64,000 nucleotides of DNA from positions 438,123 through 502,122 of the forward strand of contig MU006102.1 in the NCBI GenBank assembly GCA_010093705.1, in the 5' to 3' direction. A program made the translations under genes and the position numbers. This document shows, one piece after another, positions 25,073 through 36,958 of this stretch. The notes beneath the pieces were generated by a model. It had not been told where the DNA came from, ran no database searches, and worked only from the letters and a program-made list of their open reading frames with translations. The first letter of the stretch is position 1; every line of letters starts with the position of its first letter. This DNA is from Patellaria atrata CBS 101060 (lineage: Eukaryota).

Positions 25073-25470
25073 AAGAGTTGTCCTTCTCGGTTTGCCGAAT
25101 AGCTTAAAGGAGTGACATTTCTATTGCTAAAGGAGGTAGGAGCGGTCCGAGCGGCATATTAATCCTAGACTGTGTAGGCACGACCCGGGTTCATTTCATA
25201 GACAGTAGTATTCTAATATTTCGCAAACGCTAACTGATTTCGAATTCATAGCTCCACGGATCCTCCGCATCTAAACAGACAGAGCAATGAGATGTAGAAA
25301 CCATGGGATATCAACCGCGACCAACACCAAGATGTGCACCCGTAAGACGACAAAAAAATGCTTTCCAACGCCAAATGCGATATGTTCCTTGCATACGAGT
25401 CCGAAAGCGCCTATCACACCGTAAATAACGCCCCTTCCAAACACCACAAATGTATAACTCCAACGCCATC

Positions 25471-27567
25471 TCACATCGTGATCCTCGCCGCCTTCCTCCT
25501 TCTAGTCCTCCTCAAACCCTCAGTCTCCACGCTGATCTCGCTCGCCGTACTTCTTTCTCTTGACTCTTGCTCCTCTCTCTTCCTCTTTCCAAGCACATCC
25601 TTCAACAACTTGACACCTCCTTTCCTGACGGTACGCTCCTCGGCAGCTTCGACAAATCTGTGCACAGTCCTATGGTCAAGGATCCTCTCCTCCTTGTCTA
25701 AGCGACCTTCTTTATCGGTCTTGGGCCAGGCATATCCGTACAACTTCGAGTGACGCTCGCAGCGGGGGCAGTTGATACGAGTTAAGTAAGCATCTGACTG
25801 GACGAAGTCCGCGTCGCAGTGGCGGCATTCAACCCAGCGGGAGAACTTTTGCGAGAGAAGGAGCGGAGTCAGGGTGTAGTCTCCAGGGTAGCGGCCAGAT
25901 GGGCGTTCTTCATCCTCGTTTGAGCTTTCTGCTCCAATGGTAGCAGTTTCGGTAGTTAGCACGGCTGTATTTACCGTAGAGGTTGAAGTAGCATCGGATA
26001 CAGCGGTGGAAGGACGCTTGCGCTTCTTAAGAACAACCTCGTGCAGAATATCGTCAAGATCGTATTCTTCACCTAGTTCGGAGAGCTCGGAGATACTGTC
26101 TTCGTCTGCGGCTGGGGAGATGGTAAAGTTGGTTTCAATTTTGACCTTGAAAGTCTTGTCGTTCATCCGGAGGAACGTTTCCGAAGCAAAAGATTTGGAG
26201 GTGTATGCCTCTCCTTCGACGGAGGTAGCCGATGTTGACTCGGAAGCCTGGGTAGATTTCTGGGATCCGTCGACGGCAGAAGAGACGGATGAGGTGCGGC
26301 TCTTACTAGGGCGGGTTGGTGTCAGAAGGAGATGGCCCTCGGGCTGAGTATCGGTAAATGAACGACTGATGTGCTTCAGTTCGTCTTCCGGTGGCGTTGG
26401 TGTAGCTGGTAGCGCGTCTGTGAGGAGGAGTTCGTGCCGAAGCGGCGACTCAGTCCTTTCCTTCTTAATGAATCGGCCTACGGGTGAACGTACGTGCATT
26501 CGGCCACATGAAGATTGAGGAGTTGCGGGAGCAGGTGTGGTGGACTCCGTGCGAGGAGTTTTTGCTCCGGATTTCTTTCTCTTCTTCATAGCATGTTCCG
26601 GGGGTGTGACAGGACGTGATTCGTCTGGGGTATCTGGGATGTATTTGCGCTTGTTGCGGAATTTGTATGGAGCCTCGTTAAGGACTTCCTTGATAGCTTC
26701 CTCAGTAGATTGCTCTTCGCTTTCTTCATCCTCTTTTTCCGGCACCCATCCATTCCTTGGAACCTGTTCACACGTTTCGCAAAGACATTCGCAGTTGTCG
26801 TCACCAAAGTAGTCTTCGCCATATGTAACTGTTATCTCCTCTCCAGCCGAGATATCTCGAGTCGCTACAATCTGCATTCCATATGGTCCTTTGGTAGATA
26901 GTCGTGCATTCGCCTGACAGTCATGGTTCGCAAAGCGCGCTGGACCAAGAAACAAGGATGGCTTTTTCTTCCTGCTTGACATCACGATGCTGAAATCCCT
27001 TCTCGACACGTCCAAGCTTTCCTCTTCTTCTTTTGTCATCGCGACTTGAATACCGCTCAGATACTTGACCACTTCGCCCTTTTTAATCTCTTTCCGCGCG
27101 ACAATCGAGGCTTCATGCGTGTCGATTGTGTATCTGTTCGTGGTAGATACCTCAAATGGGCAATCTGGCATGTAAATTTCGACATACTTCTTCAAATGTC
27201 GCTTGAAATGTTCCTTTTCATCCGTACCAGCAAGACGGTCATAGTACTTGCGAATACCAGGAATCTTCTGCAATATTTCTGTGGTCGCTTTCGCGACGTC
27301 TTTCTCAATAATGACGTGCTTTTGAAGCAGGTTGGTAATATCCTCTTCGCGTATACCGCGCGAGGCGCTATAACGTTCTCGGTTCTTTCGAATCGTGCTC
27401 CAGTAATACACCTGAGCGCAATTGTCAGACACTCTCTCAAATATGGTACTCGACTGACTTACATGATCGACGAGTGCATCAGTAATCAGATCATCGTAGC
27501 TTGCAAGCTGTGCCAGGGTGAGACCCCCCTTCTTCGCCAATGCCTCTCCGAGTTCGCGCGGAGGCAT
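25471..27567 (-). CDS. SET9: Histone H4K20 methyltransferase Set9; intron 27462-27412
   Basis: LASYDDLITDALVD, PFEVSTTNRY, RRDFSIVMSSRK, LFLGPARFANHDC, GEEITVTYGEDYFG and post-SET CECLCETCE. Confidence 0.95.
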   Translation of the reverse strand: MPPRELGEALAKKGGLTLAQLASYDDLITDALVDHVSQSSTIFERVSDNCAQVYYWSTIRKNRERYSASRGIREEDITNLLQKHVIIEKDVAKATTEILQKIPGIRKYYDRLAGTDEKEHFKRHLKKYVEIYMPDCPFEVSTTNRYTIDTHEASIVARKEIKKGEVVKYLSGIQVAMTKEEEESLDVSRRDFSIVMSSRKKKPSLFLGPARFANHDCQANARLSTKGPYGMQIVATRDISAGEEITVTYGEDYFGDDNCECLCETCEQVPRNGWVPEKEDEESEEQSTEEAIKEVLNEAPYKFRNKRKYIPDTPDESRPVTPPEHAMKKRKKSGAKTPRTESTTPAPATPQSSCGRMHVRSPVGRFIKKERTESPLRHELLLTDALPATPTPPEDELKHISRSFTDTQPEGHLLLTPTRPSKSRTSSVSSAVDGSQKSTQASESTSATSVEGEAYTSKSFASETFLRMNDKTFKVKIETNFTISPAADEDSISELSELGEEYDLDDILHEVVLKKRKRPSTAVSDATSTSTVNTAVLTTETATIGAESSNEDEERPSGRYPGDYTLTPLLLSQKFSRWVECRHCDADFVQSDAYLTRINCPRCERHSKLYGYAWPKTDKEGRLDKEERILDHRTVHRFVEAAEERTVRKGGVKLLKDVLGKRKREEQESRERSTASEISVETEGLRRTRRRKAARITM

Positions 27568-28229
27568 TTTTGTGATAGCACAAAGAAATATCGGTAAGAC
27601 AGTATTTGTAGGTACGGATGAACTGTATAGAGCGCGGTGCCTGAAGAAAAGATGTTGTTCTGGTGTTGGAGACCAGGGGAAAGGAGTGTTAGGTGACGTA
27701 TCTTCGGACCTGGTCTTGTGGCTTTATTGAGCTGCAGGAGTGTCAAAAGACAAGGAAAGACACAATCAATGGCGGAAACAGATGCCGAGGACAAGTGGTA
27801 CTGTGAAAGCAATAGAGGCGTCAGAAAGACAATAGAAAAGGTGAATGAATGACTGTTGACCCCCAACCCAAGTCGCGCGCTGAGAGTTGTCAGCGAGCTG
27901 GTGAATGTATGAATAGAAAAGGCTTCAAGGCTTGGTTAAAGGGCCAGTTGGATGTCGTGAAGCCCGACGGGAATGCGTGCGCGCTGAACCCTGAATATTG
28001 CGGTGCAGGGGGATCAATGCCCGGCTCTCTGAATGGCTGCCTCGTGAGGTTCCTTTTGATTAACACACCCCCCGTGCCACCTCGCGAACCGAACTTTATC
28101 GACAATCTCTTAATCCCTGCTCTCTATAAGCGGATTTTACCGACATACGCTTTTCAAAACGTCTATCACCGAATTATTATATAACGTCTCCCCTCGCCGC
28201 CCAGAAGAAGAAGTGCGTCACACATCAAG

Positions 28230-28942
28230 ATGATTCAACTAAAGGTACCTTTCCGATGCGATTCCCATTCTAATCCAGGATGATGGCCCCCAATTGTCGC
28301 GTTACCCGATCGCTGACCCCCATTCTCATCCCAGACCCTCGTCAACTGCATCGACAACTCCGGCGCCGCTATCGTCGAATGCGTAAAAGTGCTGCGCATG
28401 AAGAGAGCTGCGAAAGTTGGTACGGATATCCTTTCCATCCATCCCCGAATATATATATATATACCTTACCTCCCATATCTCCCCATCTGCTTATCTCCCA
28501 TGCACCTCCCAATTCGAAGTACACTCGTATCAAGAGTAGTCGTTCACAATAGGAGACAATCTGACGCAATTTCAGGTGACCGCATAATAGTAGTCGTTCA
28601 AAAACAACGGAACTTCGGTCCTGAATCTGGCCCCGGCGGCAGCGTCTCCATTAGTGCGGCGAACAAGGTGCGGAGAGGGGATATCAGACACGCAGTGGTG
28701 GTACGGACGAAGAAGAAGTACCAGAGACCGGATGGAAGTGTCGTAGGCTTCGACGACAACGCGTGTGTGCTCATAAATAAGTCGGGGGAACCGATTGGGA
28801 CGAGGTTGAACGGTACGTCGGTATGAAAAGCATCAGAAAACATATTTAGACTAATGGTGATGGGATTTTAGGCATCGTTGGATCAGAGCTACGGAATCAC
28901 AAATGGTCGAAGATTTTGTCATTAGCACCTATGCATTTATAA
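28230..28942 (+). CDS. MRPL38: Mitochondrial ribosomal protein uL14m; exons 28230-28244, 28335-28419, 28576-28812, 28872-28942
   Basis: [53 protein letters not shown] and WSKILSLAP. Confidence 0.93.
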
Positions 28943-29164
28943 GTGCGGATTATTGCATGTTTGAAGCATTTCAACCGGAGCATTTGGAGTATAGCAATAG
29001 ATGTAAAATAGCCTTTGTGGCATGCAATTGTTATAATTATCCCCTTTCGAAAATCCCCAATGGTCTTTTCTAACCCGAACCTCAGTTTGTCCTAACTCCA
29101 TGCTAAGAACGATCATACCGGCAGATTCCTCACCATGACAAGGTAAAAATGGTCAAACTGGAAA

Positions 29165-29962
29165 TTATGGCGCATCTGGGTCTTGCCAGACATTACCACA
29201 ATTGCAGCAGACGTAATACAGTTTCTAAACGACAATCAGAGCTATTTTCCAAAAGTCAATTGAACAGTAAGAATGCTCACCATCCCTGTTTCGGCAGTAC
29301 GTTGTTGCGACTGGAAGAAAACAGCATCGTGCTCATGACAGGTCGTACACTCCTTATTTGTCCTGGGTAGCTAGTAAAGGACAAGAATAAAGTTGTTAGC
29401 TAGGCAAGCTCCATGAAGAGCAAATCGCAAAGCAAAATGAAACTTCTCAAGATGTAGAGTCGGAGTCTGAATCCGCATCTCCTGGTTTTGAATGCGAAGA
29501 GGTGCCTCCATTTTGAGTAACCCTATTGGTCGACATCTTCGTCGGGCCTTCGATGTTCATGTCCACGGCTTCGATGACAAAGCCTTCGACCGGTTCGGCC
29601 TCGCAGACCTCGCACATTATGGGGGTACCACACATAGTGCAAAAAGCGGGAAGGTCACCAACCGTTGGGTCCGATGCCACATCCTGCGTTATGCCCGCAG
29701 TTTCTCCTACGGTGGTGTTGAGATCGTTTTTGAATATACAAGCGGTAGCGGCGGGCTCGCTGAACTGGCATGTTCGACAGGCAAACATGAGGACGTTGTT
29801 GGTGGGATCTTCTTTTGGATAGAGGAGGTTGGAGCTGTACTATGTTAGTTATTGATGGTCGATTATATCTAAATTTAAAAGAACATACCATTCTCTGCAG
29901 AAGTTGAACTCCACCTTTGGCTTCTCATCCTCGTTCGCTGCAGTTGGCGAGTTACCAGACAT
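29165..29962 (-). CDS. RPB9: RNA polymerase II subunit Rpb9; exons 29962-29889, 29834-29663, 29370-29281, 29224-29165
   Basis: [20 protein letters not shown] (N-ribbon), DVASDPT/LPRT linker, [30 protein letters not shown] (C-ribbon). Confidence 0.95.
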
Positions 29963-30501
29963 GATGATTTTATTAAACTTCTAGATGGTGTTGATGCTGT
30001 GGATTCGGACGATTTGCGGATAGTTGTGTGGAAGTGATGTTATTCAGATTCTGTGTGATTCTGGTAGAGGCTCTAGTATAGTTAGGTGCTTTATATACCT
30101 GCAGTAAGTTTGTTGTGATGTGAGTCAGAAAAGTTGAAAGAAGAGACGAAAAGCAACCTAAGGTGGGTATGGGTGGAGGTCAGTTCAAAAAACCCAAAGC
30201 TCGCCGCAGCAGATCTTAGCGCGTGATGCTTTCGGGCCTTAGAACTTGCCGACCAGGGATGCTGGGCCCTTGCCCCACCTGCCGTCGCAACCTCGAAGTA
30301 CATAGAAGCAAACATCGCCGCTCAACTACAGCTTCACTCAACCACCGTGAGAGGACTAAAGAGGGTTTTAAGTATTTCCACAGTCGGTCGCGGTTCTCAC
30401 TGATTAGCTGCACTGAAACTCATCGCTGGAAACTTCTGCCCTCGAAGACCGTATATACTAATACCTTGTAATACCTCCAGCCCATCACCCAACCTACAAA
30501 C

Positions 30502-31233
30502 ATGGTATGTTACTCCCTTAATACATATTCGAAATTCAAATCTAATGGTCCTTCTATAGGTTGAGACCGGTCTTCCGGATGGCTGGGAAGTCCGCCATTC
30601 CAATTCTAAGAATCTTCCATACTACTTCAACCCAGAGACGAAGGTGTCAAGCTGGGAACCTCCATCAGGGACGAATCCCGAGAAGCTGAAGGTGTATATG
30701 GCAGAATATCATAGCTCGGGTGGCATTCGACCAGGCCCTTCTGCTGCGAACGAGGGGAAAATTCGATGTGCGCATTTATTGGTGAAGCATGAAGGAAGTA
30801 GAAGACCTTCCAGCTGGAGAGAGGCTAAAGTCACGCGCACGAAAGACGAGGCTATGGAAATAATACTGGCTCATGAGTCCAAGATTAGATCTGGGACTGA
30901 ATCACTGGGTGATCTAGCCGTAACAGAATCGGATTGCAGCAGCGCGCGGAAGAAGGGTGATCTGTAAGTGGATGGTCTGGGCGCAATGAGCATTGGAGGT
31001 ATACTAACGTTGTCGTTCAATAGTGGATTCTTCGGAAAGGGCGACATGCAAAAGGAATTCGAAGATGCGGCTTTCGCATTGAAACCTGGTGAGGTCAGCC
31101 ATGTGGTGGAGACTGCTTCTGGGCTACATCTTATCGAACGGTACGTAGATATCCTGTTTATGAACAATCTCGATCTATTTTGCGAGCATGTTAAGGTACT
31201 GACTTGACTTGAGTATCCACTAGGCTTCAATAA
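30502..31233 (+). CDS. ESS1: Parvulin peptidyl-prolyl isomerase Ess1/Pin1; exons 30502-30504, 30560-30963, 31024-31140, 31224-31233 (last exon tentative)
   Basis: WW domain [21 protein letters not shown]; parvulin [31 protein letters not shown] and [10 protein letters not shown]. Confidence 0.95.
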
Positions 31234-32182
31234 GTTTATCCATATAGTCACTCTAGCTTAGAAAAAAGGGCGTTTAGGGGTTTATAACGGGACTTTTATA
31301 TCATTGTGTCGCGCTTTCCCTACAGAGGACCGTAAGGTAATTGATACTAAGGTAAGGTAGAACGTCAACTCTGCTATTAACGTCATGGAAAACATCCCAG
31401 ACATTTATCTGAAGACGAACTGTTAGAAATAAGACCCGACATCAGGGTAATCCTCTTTAAGAGCACTTGGTATATCGCTGGTAAAAAGTATGATTCAGCT
31501 CAAAGTAAAAATTTACGTTCTCAATCTGTCTATTCTTTTCTTACTCTTGGGTTGTATTTGCGTCGTTCTTCCTCTATACGGACCGGAAACTGAGCTGAGC
31601 AAAAGATGTTAAGAGGGCCTTCTTATTTCGACATCCTAGCCACTTCCATATCTCCACTTGCCCTACTTTTTCAGAGGCGACCTCAGACATAATTTAGGAT
31701 ACGATCTGTCACTATGACATTTAAGTTCGGACTTTGCTCCGCCTTCCCGAAATTGGTCGATATTCTTCTCAGTCCACATTACCATATGTGGTGATCTATA
31801 GAAATTACATACCTACCCCACCTTTGAAAAGAGTCACAACTTCTCGCATTCCTAAACCTGACTCATTTCCGCTTCTCTCCGCTTCGTGAGCACGAGGTAA
31901 TCCTGTGACATACGGTTTCTAAATTGCCAATCTGCCAAGACAAGCAGTTCTTGACAACTAACTGTAAGGTGCTGGTGAAGCTCTCTACATCGATCAAGCG
32001 ACGTTAAACAGTGTCAAAGCAATTTGTCGACCGTCATACAAACCGTACGCCATTTCTTGACCCACGTACGCTCCTTTAGCACTGTCGTCCATTGTTCCCT
32101 TCAAGCAGCATCGTTCACTTGCCTAGGAACCTCCAATCATACCGCAATATTTGAAAAAGGACTCTGTCAGGCTATCGCGACA

Positions 32183-33031
32183 ATGGGTGTTAGTCCTTCG
32201 AATCGACCCGAACTACGACTCTCAATGCCAGCGAGTTCCTCTTCGAGTGGTATTCCAGTCCCAGAGTTTACTTCCTCCTCCAACTTACGTCCGAAGGATA
32301 GCCATACGTTCAGTTTCGACCCTCAGCACCTCGCCGACTGGACTATGCCCGCGACACAATGGAATCTACTCCCAGTCAGCCTTCAAAAGTCTGTTACGGC
32401 AATTCAGCAAGCTGGAGCTGCTGTCGACACTGGCTTCATGCGCCTGGAAGAACTGAAGCAAGTTATATCGGGCACCGATGGACTTGACGAGGGCGAATCA
32501 GATTTTGACAACTCTTTCCCTATCACTACCCGTCCACGGCTGCTTTCCCTTACCAAGTCGCTCTCGACGAGTTCGAACGTAACAGCGGGGTCTCCCACTT
32601 CGTCCAGCTTCTCCCAATACTCTCCCGTCATTACGCCAATGACTCCGTCAACACCTATGACTCCACCCATCCTTTCATTCCGGGCGATTCCGACACGTGA
32701 AACGATCGTTCATGTGTTGCCGCCACCAACTCCTCAACACTCATATTATGCCGCAGAACTTGCGCACTTGAGAACTGAAGCATTACCGAGACTCAGACAT
32801 GCGATCATCCGCTTAGAGACCGAATGGTATGAGCAAAAAGAAGAGATTGATCCGCAGATTGGAGAAGACCTGGTTCGTAAGCTCAGGGAATGGATTGGCA
32901 CTAAGAAAGCTGATGCCCAGGAAATGCACGAAATGGCTAAGATGTTGGGTCTACAGTGGAAGGCTCTTGAGCTGAACGGCTACGAGGACGCTGGGGATGC
33001 TGAGGAATTGGACGGCCTCACGATTGAGTGA
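32183..33031 (+). CDS. Hypothetical fungal protein with S/T/P-rich centre and helical C-terminus
   Basis: Single 335-codon open frame with first true ATG at 32183; protein-like composition; no family recognised. Confidence 0.7.
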   Translation: MGVSPSNRPELRLSMPASSSSSGIPVPEFTSSSNLRPKDSHTFSFDPQHLADWTMPATQWNLLPVSLQKSVTAIQQAGAAVDTGFMRLEELKQVISGTDGLDEGESDFDNSFPITTRPRLLSLTKSLSTSSNVTAGSPTSSSFSQYSPVITPMTPSTPMTPPILSFRAIPTRETIVHVLPPPTPQHSYYAAELAHLRTEALPRLRHAIIRLETEWYEQKEEIDPQIGEDLVRKLREWIGTKKADAQEMHEMAKMLGLQWKALELNGYEDAGDAEELDGLTIE

Positions 33032-35303
33032 TACCCATTCGTCCTGTCCAGGGTTTTGAAACCTCATACATAAGTTTGCTAAAACCGATATAATAACAGC
33101 CATGGGAACGAAGATCTGGATCTAACCTTCCGCAATTGTACCAAAACGACATCATGATAGGCAACTATACTTGCAAGATATCTGCTCTACTTTACTAATT
33201 CTCACGACTCCGCAGTCTTGACTGACGACTCTGATTTGAAGATGTAACTCCCTCTCATCCACTCGACAGAGCCACTGGAGAAATCAATCTTGTTTAATTG
33301 GAATCAAGACATTCGTATGACAAGTAAGGACAGGAACCAACAGGTGTAGAACAGGGTTCATCATGGGGATGAGTTAGAGTTGTTATTGTCTTGGTCAAAT
33401 CCCTCGCTAAGTAAAGATCTGGATCTGATGAGCTTTCTAGTAGTGTAGTTTGAACATTACACCTGCGTTCGTTAACAATTGCAAAGCTGATGTGTTGTAC
33501 CAGTGTGATTTGCATGCATTGGACAAATTGAACTACGATTGAGTGATTTTCATGCTCATGACAGCACTATTGATTTCACATGGACACCTGAACCTTCTCC
33601 AAGATACTTGTGATTGTCACTATTATTTCCAAAGGTTGTTGAGCAGGATTGTGTCGGAGACCTCCCTAGAGCAGTACAGCGCCATCATTTTCAGAGATTG
33701 AGGTAAGTGGGAGATTTCATACTATGTTAATAACGCATGATATAGTTCAATGGGATGCGCCTGTTCGTCGGGCAGCAATCTTGCTGTGTAGGTCTTTGGA
33801 GTGCTTTGAAGGGCTTGAATTTCGTAATGATGTATTAAACTAAGATTGGGACTGAGTAAACGTCTCAACAAGCTCTGTGGTATAGAAGATGAACTGAGTT
33901 GGAGTGGTGATACATGTACTCTTTTCTAGAAGCTTGTAACATTGGCTTGTGCTCGTTGATGAGCGAAATATGGAACCCCCGAGTCTGAGTAGGTAGACTG
34001 TGACCCTACTCTTTTCACGCATTTGTTTGCTATTCTCTTAAGTGGGATATTGACTCTTTTTAGTTGCAATATCTTGTGTTGTGAGAGTTGGGGATGGGAG
34101 GTTGAAAATGTTGAATGCTGACTACTCTCTCCGCACAGACAGGGGGAAGTTGTGGGGAAGTTTGGACCCGAGAAAATGTTTTCTCATGTTATCTCATGAC
34201 GCTTCGATGGGTCCTTCATCCTATTCATGTCTAATTGTTGTCAATGATTTGTTTCGCTTCCGCCAAAGGACATTTTGGAAGTCGTATCTCGCATTGGTCT
34301 CCCGAGCGCTTTCCCCCGGTTTTACTATTAAAGCCCTAGGTACCCAAGGAACTTTTCAAGTGTTGCATAGAAATTGACGCTTTTGCGGTGCATAACCGAT
34401 GGAATCCTTCCGTTGAACAGTATTCGATGACGGACGAAGCGTGCCCATCAGAGAGGTACAAGGACAAATGGTACCGGACGCTGTACGCATGACGGTATTT
34501 GCTGGATGCAATTGAGCTCAAGTATCAAACCCGCGGCTATGGATGAGTGAAACATGGCGGTATCGATAGTTGAAAAACGCTTCCCGGAGAGCAAGATGCA
34601 GGTAATGATAGAGGTTCGAGAAGTCAATAGCAACTTTCTTTGTACTTCCAGGCGGATGTTGGGTGTTGGATGTTGTAAAAGTACCTCCGTATCCCTCGAG
34701 GATCCCCATCCCAAGATGACCAAGGCTGGGAGCGATGGGAAAGGATTACCTCTTTAGGATAGTGGCAAGAATGTTGACCAGGCCTTGATGATCTATCGGG
34801 CAGAGCCGCTGTCCCGCTCTGAGATAACGAACCCTCTTATTATGCATATACTCTGCCTTATGCATTTCTTTCGTTGCTTCTGACCCTTGAACATCTGCTT
34901 CTATCCTCGTCCTACCTCTCAGTTACCCATGTACCGGCCCCTAGTTTACCACTGAACTTCGAATGTTACATATTATTTCCTATTCTAGCTATTCTGTCTC
35001 CCCCTCCTCTCCGTACTGCCATTGCGACATCCTCTCCACCTTTACTGCAGTTTCTCCCCTCTCATATGGCTGATAAGGACTGTAATTCACCATACTTACC
35101 CGTTGCACATGATATATTGGTGCTGCCTCCTTTGATACTCTGTTGCTAGTGTTGGGAGATTTGGGTCTACGTGTTGATATGCCGTGTCTCTCCTGACTCT
35201 AACAGCTGAACTACATAGATCACAAGTAGCTGAAATTACCTCTTACCTATAACTTCGGTCTCTCTTAAGCTCTCCGTCTTCCATCCCCTCAAGTTCTCTT
35301 ACC

Positions 35304-36958
35304 ATGGCGATCATTCTCCTTTGGTTACTTGCCGCAACTTTTGCTCTATCCACAGCATCCTATTTAGCATTCAACAAACGACGACGGGAGATTGTGGTCA
35401 ACCGTTTCTTCAAACGGCGTCGAGACTCCGGTTCAAGGACTCCTCCTCGCTCCCTCTCCCCGGAGAAGAAAGGTTCTCAAGAACCTCCATCTCCCGATTA
35501 TAGTGATACTCTACCCCCATCTCGGCGTTTCACTTTGGACAGTATACCAGGTCTCAAGGTCCCATTAGTCCCTGAGAAGAAAAGGTTCATCCCTTTAGAT
35601 GTTCCGTATGATGCGGTTGATGGCACTGCATTTACGGCTACTGGATTTTCGACAGATGACATCAAGGCATTGGGCGACTTCCCAGATTATGCTACATTGA
35701 GCGGCGTACCCTTGCCGGAACCTTACCCTGAATTTGACATCACAACTGCGAAGCCAAGGCCATATCGACCACTTAGGTGGGCTTATCATCAGACTATGTG
35801 TGAGTATCTTCATGCCTACTTGTATATAAAGTAGCATTGAAGCTAACTTGAGATGTAGCTTTGACTAAGATGGAACCTGACTGGTGGCTGGAACTCGAAG
35901 ACACCTACATCAAACGAGTGAAACAACGGTGTGAGATCTTTGAAAAAGTCGGTCACCACGTCCTAGCAGGTCTTCCCGGTTCGGAATTAGCCTGCAAGGA
36001 GTTGATGGAGATGTGTTTGCAATTCCTCTGTGTCCGATATCCGCACTACTTCAACCTGGATAAGGAGAACATGAAGTTCGAGAACAAAATCTTGGAGACA
36101 ATCACTGACCTGAAAACCACCCCACCATTGCACGTCATCATCCAAAACGTACCCGAGGATTTCGGCATCATGTTACGGAATCCCGAGACCGGTCTCTATC
36201 AATTGCGTGCCGGCGTCATTTGCAGCGCCCTAGGATGGAACGTCAACACCAAACTCAACATGAAATTACACGAAATCCACGCCCCTATTCCCGACTACAA
36301 AGAAAAGATGCAATTCTCCATGGACAGNNNNNNNNNNNNNNNNNNNNNNNNNNNNNNNNNNNNNNNNNNNNNNNNNNNNNNNNNNNNNNNNNNNNNNNNN
36401 NNNNNNNNNNNNNNNNNNNNNNNNNNNCCCCTTCAATCAAATCAAAACACAACATCACCTAACACCACCTCCATTAGATACTTCGCGAAGAAACCAACCG
36501 ACAAGCCCATCCAACGCGGCTCCTGGGGCCTCGAAGTCGACCAACCCCTCTACATGCCCCCCGGCGACCCGCACGAAAAATACCGCGAATCCCAAGTCCC
36601 CGACGTTTCACTGGACCGCATGCACCTGCGCGTAGACTGGCAGACCCTGCGTCGACTACCGCTTTCCGGCGCCGTCGTGTTCAATTTTAAAGCCCTCTTC
36701 ACCCCTGTCGCTGAGTTCCGCGACGAGGCGTACATCCCGACGCTGCTGTTGAAGGTCATCAAAGACGGGAAGAAGAATCTTATGGACTATAAGAATACGT
36801 GGCATACAGAGCATGTTGTAGTCCCTGCGTTGGAGGCGTATGAGAGGGAGCAGGTGGAGAGGGGCGTCGTGGAGAGGGAGTGGGAACCTAAGACCCTGGA
36901 TGAGAGTCCGTGGTTTCCGGGGTGGGAGGAGAAGTGGCGGAGACAGCAGGGGTTTTAG
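35304..36958 (+). CDS. DUF3445 (heme-dependent oxidative N-demethylase alpha-subunit-like, HRQ family) protein with N-terminal hydrophobic anchor; introns at about 35799-35858 and 36328-36477
   Basis: PRPYRPLRWAYHQTM, WWLELE, NVPEDF, LHEIHAPIPDY, RGSWGL and LRVDWQTLRRLPLSGAVVF. Confidence 0.8.
36328..36427. other. Assembly gap (100 N) within an intron of the DUF3445 gene
   Basis: Run of exactly 100 N starting right after GACAG; CCTAAC..TTAG acceptor follows at 36477. Confidence 0.98.

Noticed and set aside
34800..34860. TPP riboswitch suggested by CTGAGA upstream of the DUF3445 gene
   Set aside because: The downstream conserved aptamer core is absent and the gene is not thiamine-related.
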